From Octopus sinensis (Eukaryota), in assembly GCF_006345805.1 (NCBI RefSeq), contig NC_042997.1:123566001-123630000 (forward strand): a DNA stretch of 64,000 nucleotides. Direction: 5' to 3'. Below, piece by piece: positions 13,780-26,735 of the stretch (position 1 is its first letter; the number at the start of each line of letters is the position of its first letter). A program made the translations under genes and the position numbers. The notes under the pieces were generated by a model. The model was not told the origin of the DNA. It worked only from the letters and a program-made list of their open reading frames with translations, and did no database searches.

Positions 13780-14225
13780 TAACAATGGTTTCAAATTTTG
13801 CTTCAAGGGCACTTACACGAGTGTTCAACTGGTACATATTTTATTGATTCCGAAAGAACGAAAGGCAAAGTAGACCGCGGCAGAAATTGATCTCAGAACC
13901 TGAAGACGGACGAAATGCCGCTAAGTATTTTTCTTGGCGTGCTTAACGATTCTGCCAGCTCGCTACCTTATCTATAAGTAATAACAATTACAATAATAAT
14001 AATCTTTTTTACTATCAGTACAAGGCAGGATTTTGTTTTTATTTGGGAGGAAGTGGTAAGTCGATAAACTGACACCAGTGCTCAACTGGTGCTCTATTCA
14101 TCGCCTTTGAGATGATAATAGGCAAGGTTGAGAACGGTGGAATATGAAATCAGACCGTGAAGATAAACGAAATGCCGCTAAACATTTTCTACGACGTGCT
14201 ATCGATTCTTCCAGCTAACAGCCAT
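13780..14225 (-). mobile_element. Two decayed Deu-like tRNA-SINEs
   Basis: Similar to the family at 3040 and 44035. Confidence 0.7.
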
Positions 14226-14280
14226 TGTATTATTATTATTATTATCATTATTGTTGTTGTTGTTGTTGTTATTATTATTT

Positions 14281-14368
<88 letters not shown>

Positions 14369-14391
14369 GAGGAGGAGGAGGAGGAGGAGGA
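14226..14391. repeat. Compound trinucleotide SSR (ATT)(GTT)(ATT)(AGT)(AGG)
   Basis: Visible directly; explains the poly-N/I/L ORFs. Confidence 0.95.
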
Positions 14392-14754
14392 GAAGTTTTA
14401 AATTTTGGCACAGGGTCAGCGGTTTTGATGAGAGGGAAGTTGATTAAATTATTTAGAGGCAAGCATTCTTTCTGAGGTAATAAAATGAAATACTGCTTAA
14501 TTCTTTACAGTTCTATATCAGAATCTGAAGTTTTAGTACTTGGGCGCCAATTGTAGAGCTTTTAATAAGATAAGTGGGTCGGTTCTCTTTTATAAAGAAA
14601 ATACTGGCTCATAGGAAAATTACTACTGGCAGTGTAACTATTTCATATGAAAACTATGAAATTATTCTGAGAAAGGATTTTAAGAAATAAAATAGCTATA
14701 AATTTTCTGAACTTCTAGTTAGAGTTTAACAGGAGAAAGACCTTTTATTTAAGA

Positions 14755-15172
14755 AAGGCGGCGAGCTGGCAGAAACTTCAGCACGCCGGACGAAATACCA
14801 AGCGGTATTTCGTCTGCCGTTACGTTCTGAGTTCAAAGTCCGCCGAGGTCGACTTTGCCTTTCATCCTTTCGGGGCATATTAAATAAGAACCAGTTACAC
14901 ACTGGGGTCGATATAATCGACTTAATCCGTTTGTCTGTCCTTGTTTGTCCTCTCTGTGTTTAGCCTCTTGTGGGTAGTAAAGAAATAGGTATTTTGTCTG
15001 CCGTTACGTTCTGAGTTCAAATTCCGCCGGGGTCTCCTTTGCCTTTCATCCTTTCAAGGTCGATATATTAAGTACAAGTTACGCACTGGGGTCGATATAA
15101 TCGACTTAATCCGTTTGTCTGTCCTTGTTTGTCTTGTCTATGTTTATCCCCTTGTGGGCAGTAAAGAAATAA
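14755..15172 (+). mobile_element. Head-to-tail dimer of Deu-like tRNA-SINE
   Basis: Full head plus two ~200-bp units joined at GTAAAGAAATA|GGTATTT (14987/14988). Confidence 0.85.
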
Positions 15173-15879
15173 GAATGACCTTTTTTAGCAGACGTTTCAC
15201 ATATGCTATTGATTCAGTCCTTAAAGCCTTACACTGTTGAATGTGCGTGCTCATCAAGGTTATGAATGCTGGATACTATTCTGCTGAAACAATTGAAATC
15301 CCCTGCTTCGGATTTAACCTGTACCTTTCGGGTAATCAGTCGGCTCAGATCCAAAATACTTTGGGTGTTCTTAGTACATTGGTCAGAGAAACCAGTGAGA
15401 TAGCTTCAGAAGTCTACTTTGGATTCATTTCCAGCAAATCTACTTGACACTACATTTGGTTCTGTCTGCCATGGCATTTAAAGTGATGGTCTTTCTGATG
15501 GTCTGAGTATCTTTCAATGAGATCGTTAGTAGAAATTGACCTGAAAATCCATACGAGCCCCGAATCGTGATAACTTCATCTAGGAAGCCTGATTGTTGCT
15601 ATGTGAAAGTTTAAGAGAAATATCCCAGCAAAGACGGATGCACAAAAATTGGCTGAATTTTTGCTTATGTCTAGTGCCACACGACAAAGTAAACAAGTCC
15701 CACTATAGAGTAAGATAAATCTACACAGTAACGGTCAATGTAAAAGTATGACAAATGCTACTAATTGAAATGAGAGTCTTTCTAAATCTATAAAAATAAT
15801 ACTTGGAGCCAATATACCATGAGATTAAAAGGCAATGGAAAAGGCTATATTTTAATTAGGATGCCTAATTAAAATTTAC

Positions 15880-16065
15880 AGTAGGAATGGCTGTGTGGTA
15901 AGTATTTTGCTTACCAACGACATGGTACCTGGTTCAGTCCAACTGCGTGGCACCTTGGGCAAGTGTCTTCTACTATAGCCTCGGGCCGTCCAATGCCTTT
16001 TGAGTGGATTTGGTAGACGGAACCTGAAAGAAGCCTGTCGTGTATATGAGGATATATACATATAC

Positions 16066-16098
<33 letters not shown>

Positions 16099-16113
16099 AT
16101 ATATATTATATAT

Positions 16114-16169
<56 letters not shown>

Positions 16170-16398
16170 ATATGTATGTATGTAGTATGTATGTATGTAT
16201 GTAGGTATGTATGTATGTATGTATGTATGTATGTATGTATGTATGTATGTATGTAGTATGTATGTATGTATGTATGTATGTATGTTGTATGTATGTATGT
16301 AGTATGTATGTATGTATGTATGTATGTATGTATGTATGTATGTATGTATGTATGTATGTATGTATGTATGTATGTATGTATGTATGTATGTATGTATG

Positions 16399-16432
<34 letters not shown>

Positions 16433-16650
16433 TGTATGTATGTATGTATGTATATGTTTGTCCCCCAACATCGCTTGACAACAGATACTGGTGTGTTTAC
16501 CTCCTCGTAACTCAGCGGGTCGGCATAAGAGGTCGATCGAATAAGTATTAGGCATACAAAGTATAAGTTCTGTGGTCGTTTCGCTCGACTAAAGGCGGTG
16601 CTGCAGCATGGCCACAATCAAATGACTGAAACATGTAAGAGTAAAAGAGT
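15880..16650 (+). mobile_element. CORE-like tRNA-SINE with internal (TA)n/(TATG)n tract of about 410 bp
   Basis: TGGCTGTGTGGTAAG (box A), GGTTCAGTCC (box B), CACCTTGGGCAAGTGTCTT (CORE-like), SSR, then 3' half ending GGTGCTGCAGCATGGCC..TGACTGAAAC. Confidence 0.85.
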
Positions 16651-17528
16651 AAATGAGAGACTATACTCATGGTTGCTTGTAATTATGAATCGTGAATGTC
16701 ATACATATGTACTTACGTCAAACTAAACGTCACTTAATAATTATCCGCAGCGCGAATATGAAATCACAGTTTTTTATATTCTCAATCATCAAAAACAAAC
16801 ATGAACTAATGTACTTCAATAAATATCTTACTGCGGTATAACTCACTTCCGAATATAATTTCAAAATTTTAGCTTATATTTGTGAAGATACCTTATATGA
16901 TATATGCAGAAGAGACAATTATAGACATTTAGAAAAAACAGCTTCCGAAATATAACTAAAAAAAGAACAAACAAAATATCTTTCTATTAAAATGAGAACA
17001 TGAAATGCGAAAATGTAAGTTTAATAGAATGCATAACCTTTCACAATTGTTAAGAAAATTACATCGACCAGACGAGAAATACCACATGTGAATGACTAAG
17101 AACACCAAAAGTGTACATACGTCATCGGAACTCTGAAAAATGTCTCTGGGCAAACGTATATGTTTCTATACAAGCAAATTCAAGATTTTTTGTTTTATGC
17201 AAATAAATAAGATCTGTTATCATATACAAATGAAGAGACTATTAAATCTTATTCTCCTCAAACAACTCTGCTTAAAGCAACGCGAACAATTAGAAAAAAA
17301 ACTGTATATGCACGTCCTGATAATTGTTTTTGGAAAGGGTGGTGGTGGGAAATATATCTTATCTTTCTGAATTTTCACGAAAACAGGAGCAGTAAGTAAA
17401 TTAACTACAATGCAAGCAAGACTAACAACAGAAATATCAGTAATAACACCACAGCTATAGGATCAACATTTTCTTCAGAATTTAAACAACGGGAAATAAT
17501 TGTACTATTACTACTAAAAAAATAATCT

Positions 17529-17570
<42 letters not shown>

Positions 17571-17573
<3 letters not shown>

Positions 17574-17949
17574 TAGCAGTATCGCCCGGCGTTGCTCAGG
17601 TTTGTAAGGGAAATAACTATAAAGCATTTTTAGAGTTATAGCCAAAAAATAGCAAAAAAATGGAAAAAATGATGATAAATTTTTTTTTTAGTTAAAAAAG
17701 GTGGAGTTGCGTCCCCTAGACAGTTTGCGGTTTGTGTTTCTGATTCTCGACCCCATGTCGAATTTATCGATTTTTTTCAGAACTGGGGGAACTTTTAAAA
17801 ATTTTCGCTGCGTTAGTTTTGAATTATGACATTGGGCTATGTGTGTGTCAAGTTTCATCAGAATCGGTTGAAAGCCGTGGTCAGGGTGAGGGTACAAGCA
17901 AACAGACACACAGAAACACGCACAGACAAACTGCCGTTTATATATAGAT
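17571..17949 (+). mobile_element. Non-autonomous Helitron-like element inserted in (TA)n
   Basis: Same 5' end as 4863; AAGTTTCATCAGAATCGG motif; ends GTTTATATATAGAT; (TA)n on both flanks. Confidence 0.55.
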
Positions 17950-17951
17950 AT

Positions 17952-18014
<63 letters not shown>

Positions 18015-18449
18015 ATATACACATACATTCCTATAAACACGGTCTACATCAGCAGTGTCCAGTACATGAAAAAATAGACAATGAAATGAGAATTGAGTTT
18101 TACTGAAATGGAGTATTGATACCTTTTATACGTGTGTCATGGAATATAATTATAGTTCTAAGTATCCTTTGTAACGCTCAAACTCATTTACTTGATTTTG
18201 ATTAAGGTAGATTGTTTGCCGGATATAAAGTTCGCCTATACTACATCACTTACCTCGGAAGATATGGAAACTTTTTAAATCTCTGTATAATGATATTAAA
18301 TTATATCTGTGAAATATGTTCTCGCTGTATTTGTTACGCAGTTTTTGACAGGCGTAGTACTTTCACGGTTTGTTTAACCTAGACCAGCAACATATATGAA
18401 GTAGTGAATTCAGCCTGAAAATCTAAGGTCTATTTCTTACTTTGATTTC

Positions 18450-18518
<69 letters not shown>

Positions 18519-19309
18519 TGTGTGCGTGTGTGTGCGTTTGTGTGTGTGTGTGTATGCGTGTGTGTGCGTATGTGTATGTATATACATTTTGATTACAAGA
18601 AATCGATTATTTTTTTTGTTTCGAATGCAGGTACTAGCATAATTTATAGTGATAAAAGTTTAAGATTGTATGAGTTTTGACTGGCAGTGTGTAAGCAAAG
18701 AGTAATCACAAATTATATAATTTTCACGACGATTACATGTATGTGGATTTGTATTCGGGTTTTGACAGTTGCTGTTGAAATAATCGATGCATTGAGAATA
18801 ATACAAATTGCACTTAATATTTAATATTTTCTATTTAGTATTTAGTATTTGGTATTATTCAGTAAGAGAACCGCATCTGGCTTTTGTTAATGTAATGTAT
18901 TATACTGTATTATTGATTTGCAATATAATTGCAGCTAAATTTGTGCAAGACGTTGCTAAGGTGTAGTATGTATAGAGCAGTCAGAGGAATGATACCGTTC
19001 TTGGCATCAAACAACGACTATCAACGTCTGTAGGCACCATTCTGGTATCCGGAAAGATAATTCTGTATTGCAGGGGAAAATTGAAAGTTATCTCCAAATG
19101 GTTCATACCTTACATCTTATGCCATGTTTTGACAATTCCGTTTTGCTTTTAGCTCTGCTATTTGATTGTTTTTATACAGTATTTGATTGAGGTTCTCCTC
19201 ATAGCTCAGAGTGATCAATCCCATTTCTACAATTGCATCTTGTTTTATTAATGCCCAATTATAAGAATTCCTCAATTTATTCTTCTTCTTTCTCATCCTT
19301 TATTCACAG

Positions 19310-19336
19310 TGCACTCTACGACACAGGTGCCTACAG
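19310..19336 (+). other. Candidate 27-nt symmetric microexon
   Basis: Strong polypyrimidine acceptor TTCTTCTTCTTTCTCATCCTTTATTCACAG and donor CAG|GTAATT; open in all frames. Confidence 0.35.
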
Positions 19337-20007
19337 GTAATTTACTAAGCATCGACACTCCCACTCTCTTTACTATTACATTCTACTATATTACCAGATG
19401 TTAATTAACCCCGGTCTAACGTCTTGCCTTCGGCTTCTACTTTCCTGTCAGTTTAGGCCAACCTTTACGTAATTATTTTCATTTCGTTGTAGAGTCATGT
19501 ATTAAGCATGCATTTCGATAACAGTAGCCTAACAGTCAATCACATGTTACCGGTTATGAAACGTAAATTGTTCTACCAATCTACAGTTGCCTTTCACCTA
19601 CCGAATAATGAAGTATTTTTAATTTACTTACGCATTTTATGACGCGCAAAATAACTGACAGGTATGACAGTACGCTTTGTAGCAACTCTTAATTAGAACA
19701 CAGAGTAGATGGAATGAATTTTTACACGTATCATGTATATATGATGATATCATCATGACAGACAAAATTTTATTCCAAATGAATCTAAAGCGAATTGTAA
19801 TTGGTGGTATACTACCGACACAGACATTTCTGTTTCCCCAATATAATAACTCCTTTATCATCAATACATTAAATCATTGGAAACAGATCACGACTTCCAG
19901 GATAATACATATATGATGAAAAGAACAACAAAATTGTTGCAAGGAGCTGACTTATTTTTCCCATAAGCCTTTTATTGTCTAAATGACCGAGTATCCAGAA
20001 ATATAAA

Positions 20008-21505
20008 TACGAGGGTGGTGTGATTATGAAGGAATGATGCTAGAGCTGTGGGACCTCGCATGCACTAATTTCAACGTCTCTTATTAATAACTGCATTGTT
20101 TTGCTCCGAGTAAACTAATATCTGACTATTTAAAGAAAATATTAATACTAACTAGTAGAGACTACTCCTGAAAATAGACAAAAATTGGCATCGTGCTGTT
20201 ACTTAATGCCTGCAGAAAAAAGGGGTTAGTTCGCAAAGACATTCATGCTTACATGATTGCTACATAAGGAGATGACGCTCCAGCTTTATCAACAGTTTAA
20301 AAGTGGGTAGCTGAATTTAGGAGGAGCAAGAACAGTCTACAAAATGGCCCAAAGTGTGGAAGTCTTTTAACTCCACCACCAAGGGAAGCATTTATCGTTT
20401 TCATTACAGGGTGAAGGATGATAGGTGATACACTATAAATGAAATAGCCAAATGATATTACCGTATTACCTAAAACAGAGTGCAGAATATTCAGCATAAT
20501 TAACTTGACATGATGAGAATTTCAGCTCAGTAGTGCCTCGACTTCTGACCCTCATAAAAAGCACACCAGGCTGATGAAATCACGGGAAAATCTGACCTAG
20601 TTTGAGGCAGAAGCAGCTAGTTGCTTTGAACATTTCCCAGCATAAGTCTGTTGGACTTACCACTTTCAGCCAGAGACCATGAGATAACCAATGCAGAGGA
20701 AACACCGTTCCTTACCTGCTCCATAGAAAGACATCTGCAGAGAATGGAAATGGCATTGTGTTTATTAATTATATTCAAAAGAGCCACGCCATCAATGGAA
20801 GGATTATGCTAACTTGCTGAGGCAGTGACAAAAGCTTTAATGATCAGCTGCCCAAGAAAACGGGCGAAACAGGTCTTGCTACATCAGGACAACGCTCCAG
20901 CACAGAAGTCCTTTGTTTTAATGTCTGCTGTGCGAGACTGTGGCGTTGAACCTCTTGATCACACCTATTTCTCCTAATTTGATATTTAAAGGGAAAAATT
21001 TGACAAGACAGTCAGTCGCCCGCTGGCACTCGTTGATGCTACATCGAAGAGGCCAGGAAACAGAAGAAAGAAGACATGCACCCATCACCAGAGCTGAAGA
21101 CACCTCCGAAAGGATTGGGGGTACGTCAAAACGGTAGAGAGGAGTAGGGGCCGAGACCGGACGTGGCTCTTCCTGATGATGCCTTGAGCTAACTGGATCA
21201 TATAAAGGAGCTGTTGTGGTAGTAGACCACGAAACACGGTTCAAATTCCTCATCTAGATGTCATCTGCATCCCAACATGATAAAACACTTGACTGGGAAC
21301 CAGTATCCCAGTCATGATGACATCATATCTCTTGTTGATGAGTTTTTGATCAACAGCATGAAAGCTTCTTCATCAATGCACTGCCAACCCCGATGAAAGA
21401 AGTCCGAGGATCGCAAAGGGAATTATGTTGAAAAGTAAACTTCATTTGATCACATTCCATGAGAGTATATTGGTCAACGTATGTACTTTTCAGCTAACAT
21501 TCGTA
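20008..21505 (+). mobile_element. Decayed mariner (Tc1/mariner) transposon, interrupted by an insertion
   Basis: TA-CGAGGGT left end and TCG-TA right end. Transposase remnants VLLHQDNAPA, AVRDCGVEPLDH and GNYVEK*. Confidence 0.8.
20984..21320 (+). repeat. Unclassified dispersed repeat inserted in the mariner; second copy 53560-53832 (-)
   Basis: About 270 bp of clear similarity (GACAGTCAGTCGCCCGC, AAGAAGACATGCA, CTTCCTGATGATG, GTGGTAG.AGACCACGAAAC). Confidence 0.7.
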
Positions 21506-21859
21506 ATTCTAGAAATATAAAGGCTACGCTATAATACGAATATTTATTAGGCGAGATGGCGTGTTACACATTATGTATATTATTTAAACATTCATTTATA
21601 TGTCTGTCGTGAAATTTAAAGCAATAAATAATGTCTTTCGTTGTTGACAAAGCAGACGAAAGTAGTTGTCATGGATGATTTTATCATACTTATTTAAAAT
21701 AGAACAAGTCCTCGCCTGTTGGCATTGTTTGGGTAATAGGTTTGTGAAGTGAGAGATAAATGTTATTTTAGGAAGGGAACTTATCCTACAAAGAACTGTT
21801 TATGTTGTTACAAGAATACGAGAAACCTCGCTGCCCGTTTATAGTTCTATGGCTCACAA

Positions 21860-22163
21860 ATATGCCTACGAACATATGGCATAGTGGTTAAGAGCGCGGG
21901 CTAATAACCCTAAGATTTCGAGTTCGATTCTAGGCAGTGACCTGAATAATAATAATAATAATAATAATGATATTAATAATAATAACATTAACAAGAAGAA
22001 GAAGAAGAAGAAGAAGAAGGAGATCGAAAAATACCTTAGGAAAGAGAATCCAGATTCGAAATTTCCCGAAGACACCTGATGAAGACTGGAGGATATATCA
22101 GCCGAAACGTTGTCTTAACAACAAGCAAGATGAGGAAAAATATCCATAAATGTAAATAATGTA
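21860..22163 (+). mobile_element. tRNA-SINE with (AAT)n/(AAG)n spacer and hammerhead-like tail
   Basis: Box A TGGCATAGTGG, box B GAGTTCGATTC, SSR, tail GACAC-CTGATGA-AGACTG..CAGCC-GAA-ACGT-T-GTCTT. Confidence 0.8.
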
Positions 22164-22999
22164 GATGGGATATTTGTCATAAATGTGTAGAGGAGATGAA
22201 GGCAAAACACGAAGCAAAAAAAAAAGGGGGATTCTATGTATAATATTGTTACTGTGTCTCACCATCGTAGATGAGTGCAGTGAGAGAATTCGTAAGAGAC
22301 CTATGTACTAAAAGACTGGATCCCTTTCACATTTTTCCTCTTGGGAATAATAGACTAGACCATATCCTGTATCTGCAAGAAAACATGTTCTTGTTTTGTT
22401 CCATGGTTTATAATTGCGAATATAAACGACAGAATCTATAATTCGAAATGTTATTTTTTTCATTAATTGCAAATGATTAATTACGTAAAGAAATTATAGT
22501 AGCTAGACTCATCATTACATATTAAAAATATCAGAACATTAAAATTAGAGAATTCCTAATTAGTAAGTTGTTCAACATATGATCGAATGTTTCTATATAT
22601 AGCATCGATACTACTGTTTGTATCAGTAACTAGCAAAATAGACTTGTCTACTTACCTGCAGTATTTCATAAGTTCCCACTTAAGAGAATAGAAAAACAAC
22701 CTTGTAAAACTTAGTATAAATTAAGATTGTTATGTCAAGTGCATGATTTTGTATAAATCTTTCAGTAATTTTCCAGTTCTCGACAAAAAAATACCGTTAT
22801 AAAGATTTATATTAGCACAAACTCTGTTAAATAGTTTTATTTGAAATATAGTCGATATTCTGAATTCTATCGTATCATCTCCATGAAAATTATTTCTATT
22901 TTCATACATTCCTTCAATGTAATCACATCAATACAACTCCTATTATAATGCATCATTCAGTCGTGTTACTTGATAAAAATAACATATTCCTTTCTTTAC

Positions 23000-23235
23000 T
23001 GCCCACAAGGGGCTATACACAGAGGGGACAAACAAGGCAAGACAAACGGATTAAGTTGATTATATCGATTAAGTTGATTATATAATGTGTAACCGGTACT
23101 TAATATATCGACCCCGAAAGGATGAAAGGCAAAGTCGACCGCGGCAGAATTTGAACTCAGAACGTAGTGGCAGGCGAAATACGCCTACGCATTTCGCCCA
23201 GCGTGTTAACGTTTCTGCCAGCTCGCTGCCTTTTA
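23000..23235 (-). mobile_element. Deu-like tRNA-SINE
   Basis: Same family and tail as 14755. Confidence 0.8.
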
Positions 23236-23755
23236 ATAAAAACATAACATATTACTGTAGCGTTATTGAGATAGATGTATCGCTCTATTTACGTTTAGTG
23301 ACATCTTTTATGCTGTGTGAAGAGGGGAAAATATGTCTTACCTGCTTACGATTCTGCCAACTTATCGCCTTTATGTTAAGTAGCACCAATAAAATATTTC
23401 GAACATATTAATGCATCTAAAAAATGAAAGGCGTTCAGATTTTTTTTTCAATATATTGATAGAATAAAGTGTCAAATTGATTTGGTTACTGTCAATTATC
23501 CAGTCATTCAGTCAAAACTTATGAAGCTAAAAGTTATTTCTTCTAATTGAATGTTTTGATAGATTCTTCAGAAATAAAACTGAAACTATTTGCATATCAA
23601 AGGAAAATATATGAAGGGAAAAGAAATAATATATGGGATGGGATATAAGCTCCATCAGAAATTTATTTTGTAAAAAATAATTTGAAATAGCGTACAGGAA
23701 CTCTTAATCATGCATGTAAGTAAGGTTGCCATTCTTAAGGAATACACCATTATGC

Positions 23756-23793
<38 letters not shown>

Positions 23794-23844
23794 GGTGTGT
23801 GTGTGTGTGTGTGTATGTGGTGTATGTATCTGTATATATATATA

Positions 23845-25089
23845 TATATTAGATAAGAAAGTTTGTAAAGTTTGGTAAAGCACGTGGGTGAATATATAAG
23901 AAAATAGTAAAGTGTGAAAAAACGACAGAAGGCTTAAATGTTAAAAAATATATATATTTGTGTCAAAATGTCTGGAGAATATTGGAAAATTTTTTTTTTT
24001 TTTCCTTTCCTTAAAATGACATAATTTTAAAATTTTTAAAGAAATTACCGGTTTCGCGTGTAGCTTTTCAAATTTCTTGTGACGTTATGTTTATATTGCA
24101 TGGAATTATCGTTTTTATTTCCAGGAGATTTCTAAATAAGGGGAGGTGGTAGTGAGTGATTTTTTCCGGTGTAGGGGAGATAATCGCTTAAAATTTTTTT
24201 TTCCCTTTTCCTTGTTAATTTCTCTGTGTCAGTATGTTCGGATGGTTGAGTCTGGGTTTGTACTTTTCAATGAAGAATGTTTCTTGTTCAGTCTCATTGT
24301 GTTGATGATCCGAAAGCACATTGGTAAAATGGGAAGATTAAAAATTGTGGCAGTAGTTGCTTTGCGCATTTCTCAATGTGCTCACTAAAAGGTATCATTC
24401 TATATTCTGGGAATGCAATCTGTTGTCGATGCAGTGTGCATCTGCGCCTGAGTGATAGTCCCGTGGAACCCACGTAGTCTTGGTGGCAGCCCGAGCATTT
24501 AATAACATAAATTATGTTTTCAGAGGCACAAGTAAAGTTATTATGATCTTAAATTTCTGTCCTCTTTAAAGAAGAATTTGATCCTTCCAATAGGTTAGGA
24601 CATGTTGCACAGTTCGATCTACCACATTTTTTTACTTTTGCATCCGTAATTTTAGAAGACAATTTTGCCTTTGTGAGAATCTTTTTAAGTGATTTAGGCT
24701 GTTTGTAGCTTTTAATGATTTGGTGTATGTTTAGAATTTCCTTTAATTTTGGGTTTTTATGAAGTATTGGTAAATTCTGGGGGTGATGATGGTGAAGGCT
24801 TCTTTGTTTCTGGGGTTGTATGTAGATATGTAAGGTAGTATTTTCGGGGAAGTGTTGTTGTGTGTTGAACTTTTCTTAAAGTTTCTATGTTGATTTCTGT
24901 TGCACGTCTGATCCCATCCTCTATGAGTTGAGCTGGGTAATGTCTGTCAATTAGGGTGTTTTTGAGTTCTTGCAGTCTAAAGTTCCTGGTATTTTGTTCT
25001 GACACTATTGTGCATATCCTTCTTGCAAGGTTGAAGGGGATGTTTGTTTTAGTGTGTCTTGGGTGGCATGAATTAAAAAGAAGGTATTT
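23845..25089 (-). mobile_element. Inverted 5'-truncated copy of the adjacent Neptune-type PLE (end of RT, EN, full pseudo-LTR)
   Basis: Near-identical reverse complement of 28109-29262, continuing into sequence matching 25260-25360. Confidence 0.92.
24039..24078 (-). ncRNA. Minimal hammerhead ribozyme, U3-A8 variant (pLTR copy 1)
   Basis: AAGAAAT-TTGAAAA-GC-TACAC-GC-GAA-ACCGGT-A-ATTTCTT on the minus strand. Confidence 0.7.
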
Positions 25090-25141
25090 CTCCTGGAAAT
25101 AAAAACAACGATAATTCCATGCAATATAAACATAACGTCTC

Positions 25142-25181
25142 AAGAAATTTGAAAAGCTACACGCGAAACCGGTAATTTCTT
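25142..25181 (+). ncRNA. Minimal hammerhead ribozyme, U3-A8 variant (pLTR copy 2)
   Basis: 7-bp helix I AAGAAAT/ATTTCTT, core TTGAAAA, 2-bp helix II, GAA, palindrome ACCGGT, H17=A. Confidence 0.7.
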
Positions 25182-25382
25182 TAAAAATTTTAAAATTGTC
25201 ATTTTAAGGAAAGGAAAAAAAATTTTTCCAATATTCTCCAGACATTTTGACACAAATATATATATTTTTTAACATTTAAGCCTTCTGTCGTTTTTTCACA
25301 CTTTACTATTTTCTTATATATTCACTCACGTGCTTTACCAAACAAACTTTCTTATCTATATATTAAACACGTGAGAACGAAA

Positions 25383-26735
25383 ATGCCACAGAAGTCAAAC
25401 ACCTCGGACAAAACCTTAAATGAGGACATACTCAAAGAACTGAAAAATATTAATTCACAGCTTCTTAACCTGAACAACAAAATCGAGGAATCAAACTTAC
25501 TCGCCCGGGAAAGTAAAAGCAATGAAGATGCAACCCGTTACACTGACCAGGTGAGTAAGGATCTACAACTGTTATATACAACACTGAACTCAATTTTCAT
25601 CAACAAATCAGAAAATAATACACAGGCACCTAATGAAACACAGCAGGACACCATACGCACCCAACCAACCCAACAAAAAGAAAAATAGGAAACGTTTGGA
25701 ATACAAACCTGCACAACAGAAAACTCACCTTCTGGAACATGATAAAAAATTCCAACAAAGCAGATATCTACGAGGGATGGATAAACTCAACACCAATTAT
25801 CCTCCCACGCAAATTCCAGATAAAATTAATTCCTAACGAGCCTGACGGACAGAGATCTATTAGAGAAAAGTCAGCTCTGTTCAATTTTAAATCAGAAATA
25901 GAGCTTCTAAGACTCAGGGCCTCCACAAATGAAGAAAAACTTAAAAGCATAGACGAGGAGATGCACAATCTAATACTAAAATATACCGAGGGACAACCCC
26001 TCGATAATACATTGGATCACTGGAAGGATTCCTGTGAGAGAGAAGAGAGAAATTCTCTCCTACGCTGGGAGAAAAACATGGACTTCTTCAAAAATATAGT
26101 GAAACCTTCAAAAATGAATTGGGTACAAATAATCCCTTCCTTAAGAAAATTACAATAAATAAAAAGAAAAACCTAACAACCCACGAACAACCCCCAACTA
26201 TCCTCCATACACTAAAAACAGAAATCACCCACAACCAACCTTTACAAACCACGCTAGACCTAACAGGGAACTAGCTGAAAGAGGACGCGTCTATGAAAGA
26301 AATTACACCAAAAACAGAACAAATCAACAACATCCTAATACCAGACCCAACCACCATACAGCACAATACGACACTAGGATAAGAAATACACCACACACAA
26401 ATCACTACTACCCCATGAACCAAAACTACTGGTCCCCACTAAACACAAGACAAACGCAAAGAAACACTATGTCAAGCAACATCCCACATACAAGAAGTTC
26501 GAAACAAAAATATTCCCCATACAGAAATTTTACACACACCACAAGCATTAACAACCATAGATTCCCACACACACACAACGATCGGAGGCAACAATACCAC
26601 CACTCCCCCGACCAAATACCACACAACCTCACAGACAACTCATACAAACAAAATTACACCCAACATTTTTTAGCCAGGGACCAGGGACACCAGGACACAG
26701 GCTGGAACCTAGTAATAAGGAAAAACCGAAGATAA
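25383..26735 (+). pseudogene. PLE N-terminal region (coiled-coil-like, then Asn/Thr/His/Gln-rich), frameshifted at A-runs
   Basis: Joins ORFs 25371, 25633, 25739 and 26415 through shifts near 25675, 25740, 26095 and 26160. Confidence 0.6.

Noticed and set aside
21165-21245. CTGATGA..GAAAC in the unclassified repeat as a hammerhead
   Set aside because: I could not form helix II directly between the core boxes in either copy.
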